Source of the DNA: Antedon mediterranea
Lineage: Eukaryota; Animalia; Echinodermata
Reading direction: 5' to 3'
Assembly (NCBI RefSeq): GCF_964355755.1
Contig: NC_092672.1
Span: 31,874,437 to 31,938,436 of the forward strand
DNA length: 64,000 nt
In this document: positions 62,513-64,000 of the stretch, one piece after another
Layout of the letters: each line of letters opens with the position of its first letter
Position numbering within the stretch: the stretch's first letter is position 1
The notes under the pieces: generated by a model
The model's database searches: none
What the model was told of the DNA's origin: nothing
The model's input: the letters and a program-made list of their open reading frames with translations, nothing else
Translations under genes and position numbers: made by a program

Positions 62513-63462
62513 AAGTTGTTAACTCTGGATCGAGCACTTTAATAATCTTAACACACTACAATCATAATGACGAGTGTTAACACATGAAACAATTTAACTA
62601 ATACATCAATCTAGCTATTGGTCCTTTACCCAACATTATGTTTAATAACTAACTAAATAATCTCTACATAAACTTGTTAATTATTGATTGAATTATCTGA
62701 CTGAATTAAACCAAAAACATGATACATTAATTTAAGGTCATCTTATCAGTGTATACAACTCTACACTAGCATATGTGATTTCTAAATAAGGAAACCAGTA
62801 TAGTTATAAAACCCAATTCTAAATTGGTACCCTGGGTGTAGTTATCAGTGCAACAATGACTCACTACCTTGGTTACCATAGTAACGGCCAGTTCCACTAG
62901 CAGAGCCTTACATACCACAGCAATTAATGGCAAGGTCATTAACCTTATACACTGTACTGTATGTACTCTTTTTGTTAACAGGGCCTCTAATAGCTATTGA
63001 GCCTAATAATTCGTTACATTATATGGACATAAAATGAAAGTATAAACATTTAGCTATTATCTCATAACTTAATCCTCTAGCATTAACCTTAAAATATAAT
63101 GATTGTTTTCTAAAATGAACAACAATCATCTGATCACAGTATTCGCTCTGTTTATCCTCTCAGTTTCTTACTTAATAATTTCAATCTGGGTACTGGAGAA
63201 ATAACTCAGTATCCTTATGAAACATAATATAACAAATTGTCATAATTATAATATATATAAGTTAAAAGGAATATAAAATATCATAAACTTACCTGCGAAA
63301 GAATCACATAGACCTCAGTTAGAAGTTGTTAACTCTGGATCGAGCACTTTAATAATGATGAGCCCAATGCCAGAGGCAACAACCTCAAACTGGTCATGTG
63401 ACTTTCCACAGGTCATTGGATCTTGAAATTTAATAGGGGCCTACTTTTCTGTGCAGGTAACA
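62461..63462 (-). mobile_element. 3' LTR (about 1.0 kb) of an LTR retrotransposon in minus orientation
   Basis: On the minus strand the polypurine tract GGGGGGAGTA (63472-63463) is followed directly by TGTTACC; the far end is CCGTAAAA (expected GTAACA, one mismatch), exactly at the TRIM breakpoint. Confidence 0.75.
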
Positions 63463-64000
63463 TACTCCCCCCACAAATGTGATGTCGTCCCCGACATCCA
63501 CAAACGAATACACATATTTATTAAATTTCAATTATTTACAGTTTATCTAAGTGATAATTGCTACAGTTCATTGTGTCACAATATTAGAATGTAGGATCCA
63601 GCTTCTTACAGTTAGCCATAGCTAAACTCCTGATACTACCTCATTCCATGGTGTCCAAGAGGGATGTGCAAGGGTTGCATGCATGCGACATACCCATGCG
63701 TCGTCCAATAACGATACATCCATAGAAGAGCTGGTCCATGTTATCTGTCGACAACTGTACACAATGCACTGTCATTACCAGGTTGGTTGCAGTTTGTGAT
63801 TCCCCGTAGATACCATCTCCATGTTTATGCACAGCCTGAATAGTTACCTGTTGCTCATGGTACATTATCAACCATCTCTTTGTAGTACTCAATCACAAAC
63901 ACTTGTAAGTTCTGTCAATAACCAATTGGGTAACAAATAAATCCACTTTCTTTTACAATCAATGTTCAATTTCATCAGATCCTAACACTTTCTGTGAAAC
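63463..64000 (-). mobile_element. PPT and 3' internal region of the LTR retrotransposon (continues beyond the window)
   Basis: Adjacent to the PPT; no recognisable pol or env motif in the visible part. Confidence 0.55.

Noticed and set aside
63641-63892. 83-aa ORF in the LTR element's internal region as env or an accessory gene
   Set aside because: Short, non-ATG start and no recognisable motif; cannot be supported from the visible sequence.

Overview
AT-rich, intron-containing animal genomic DNA. It is probably from an invertebrate deuterostome such as an echinoderm; this is inferred only from a Deu-domain-like SINE and the gene/TE content. Left part: two convergent class-A (rhodopsin-like) GPCR genes with matching intron positions. 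Middle: about 20 kb with no recognisable coding exons, full of MITEs, SINEs, LINE ends, Helitron/Helentron derivatives and satellites. At 35.6-47.1 kb are the last ten coding exons of a ClC-2-like chloride channel gene on the minus strand; all splice sites are GT-AG and phase-consistent when read by hand. Immediately upstream of the 47082 exon, apparently inside a large intron of that gene and on the opposite strand, is a tandem array of single-coding-exon TRIM-NHL genes (RING, two B-boxes, coiled coil, filamin, NHL). Two copies are intact and a third is cut by an LTR element. The main candidate system is this nested array. The two intact paralogs are near-identical in the N-terminal RBCC part but differ by almost exclusively non-synonymous, often multi-nucleotide changes at equivalent positions of successive NHL blades, which resembles a diversifying recognition-receptor family. 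Each repeat unit also carries a decayed NHL remnant and a non-autonomous Helentron-like element holding two tRNA-Val(AAC)-like genes. One unit carries a 2.5-kb palindromic Academ-like transposon. All calls were made by eye with no database searches; counts and repeat boundaries are approximate.
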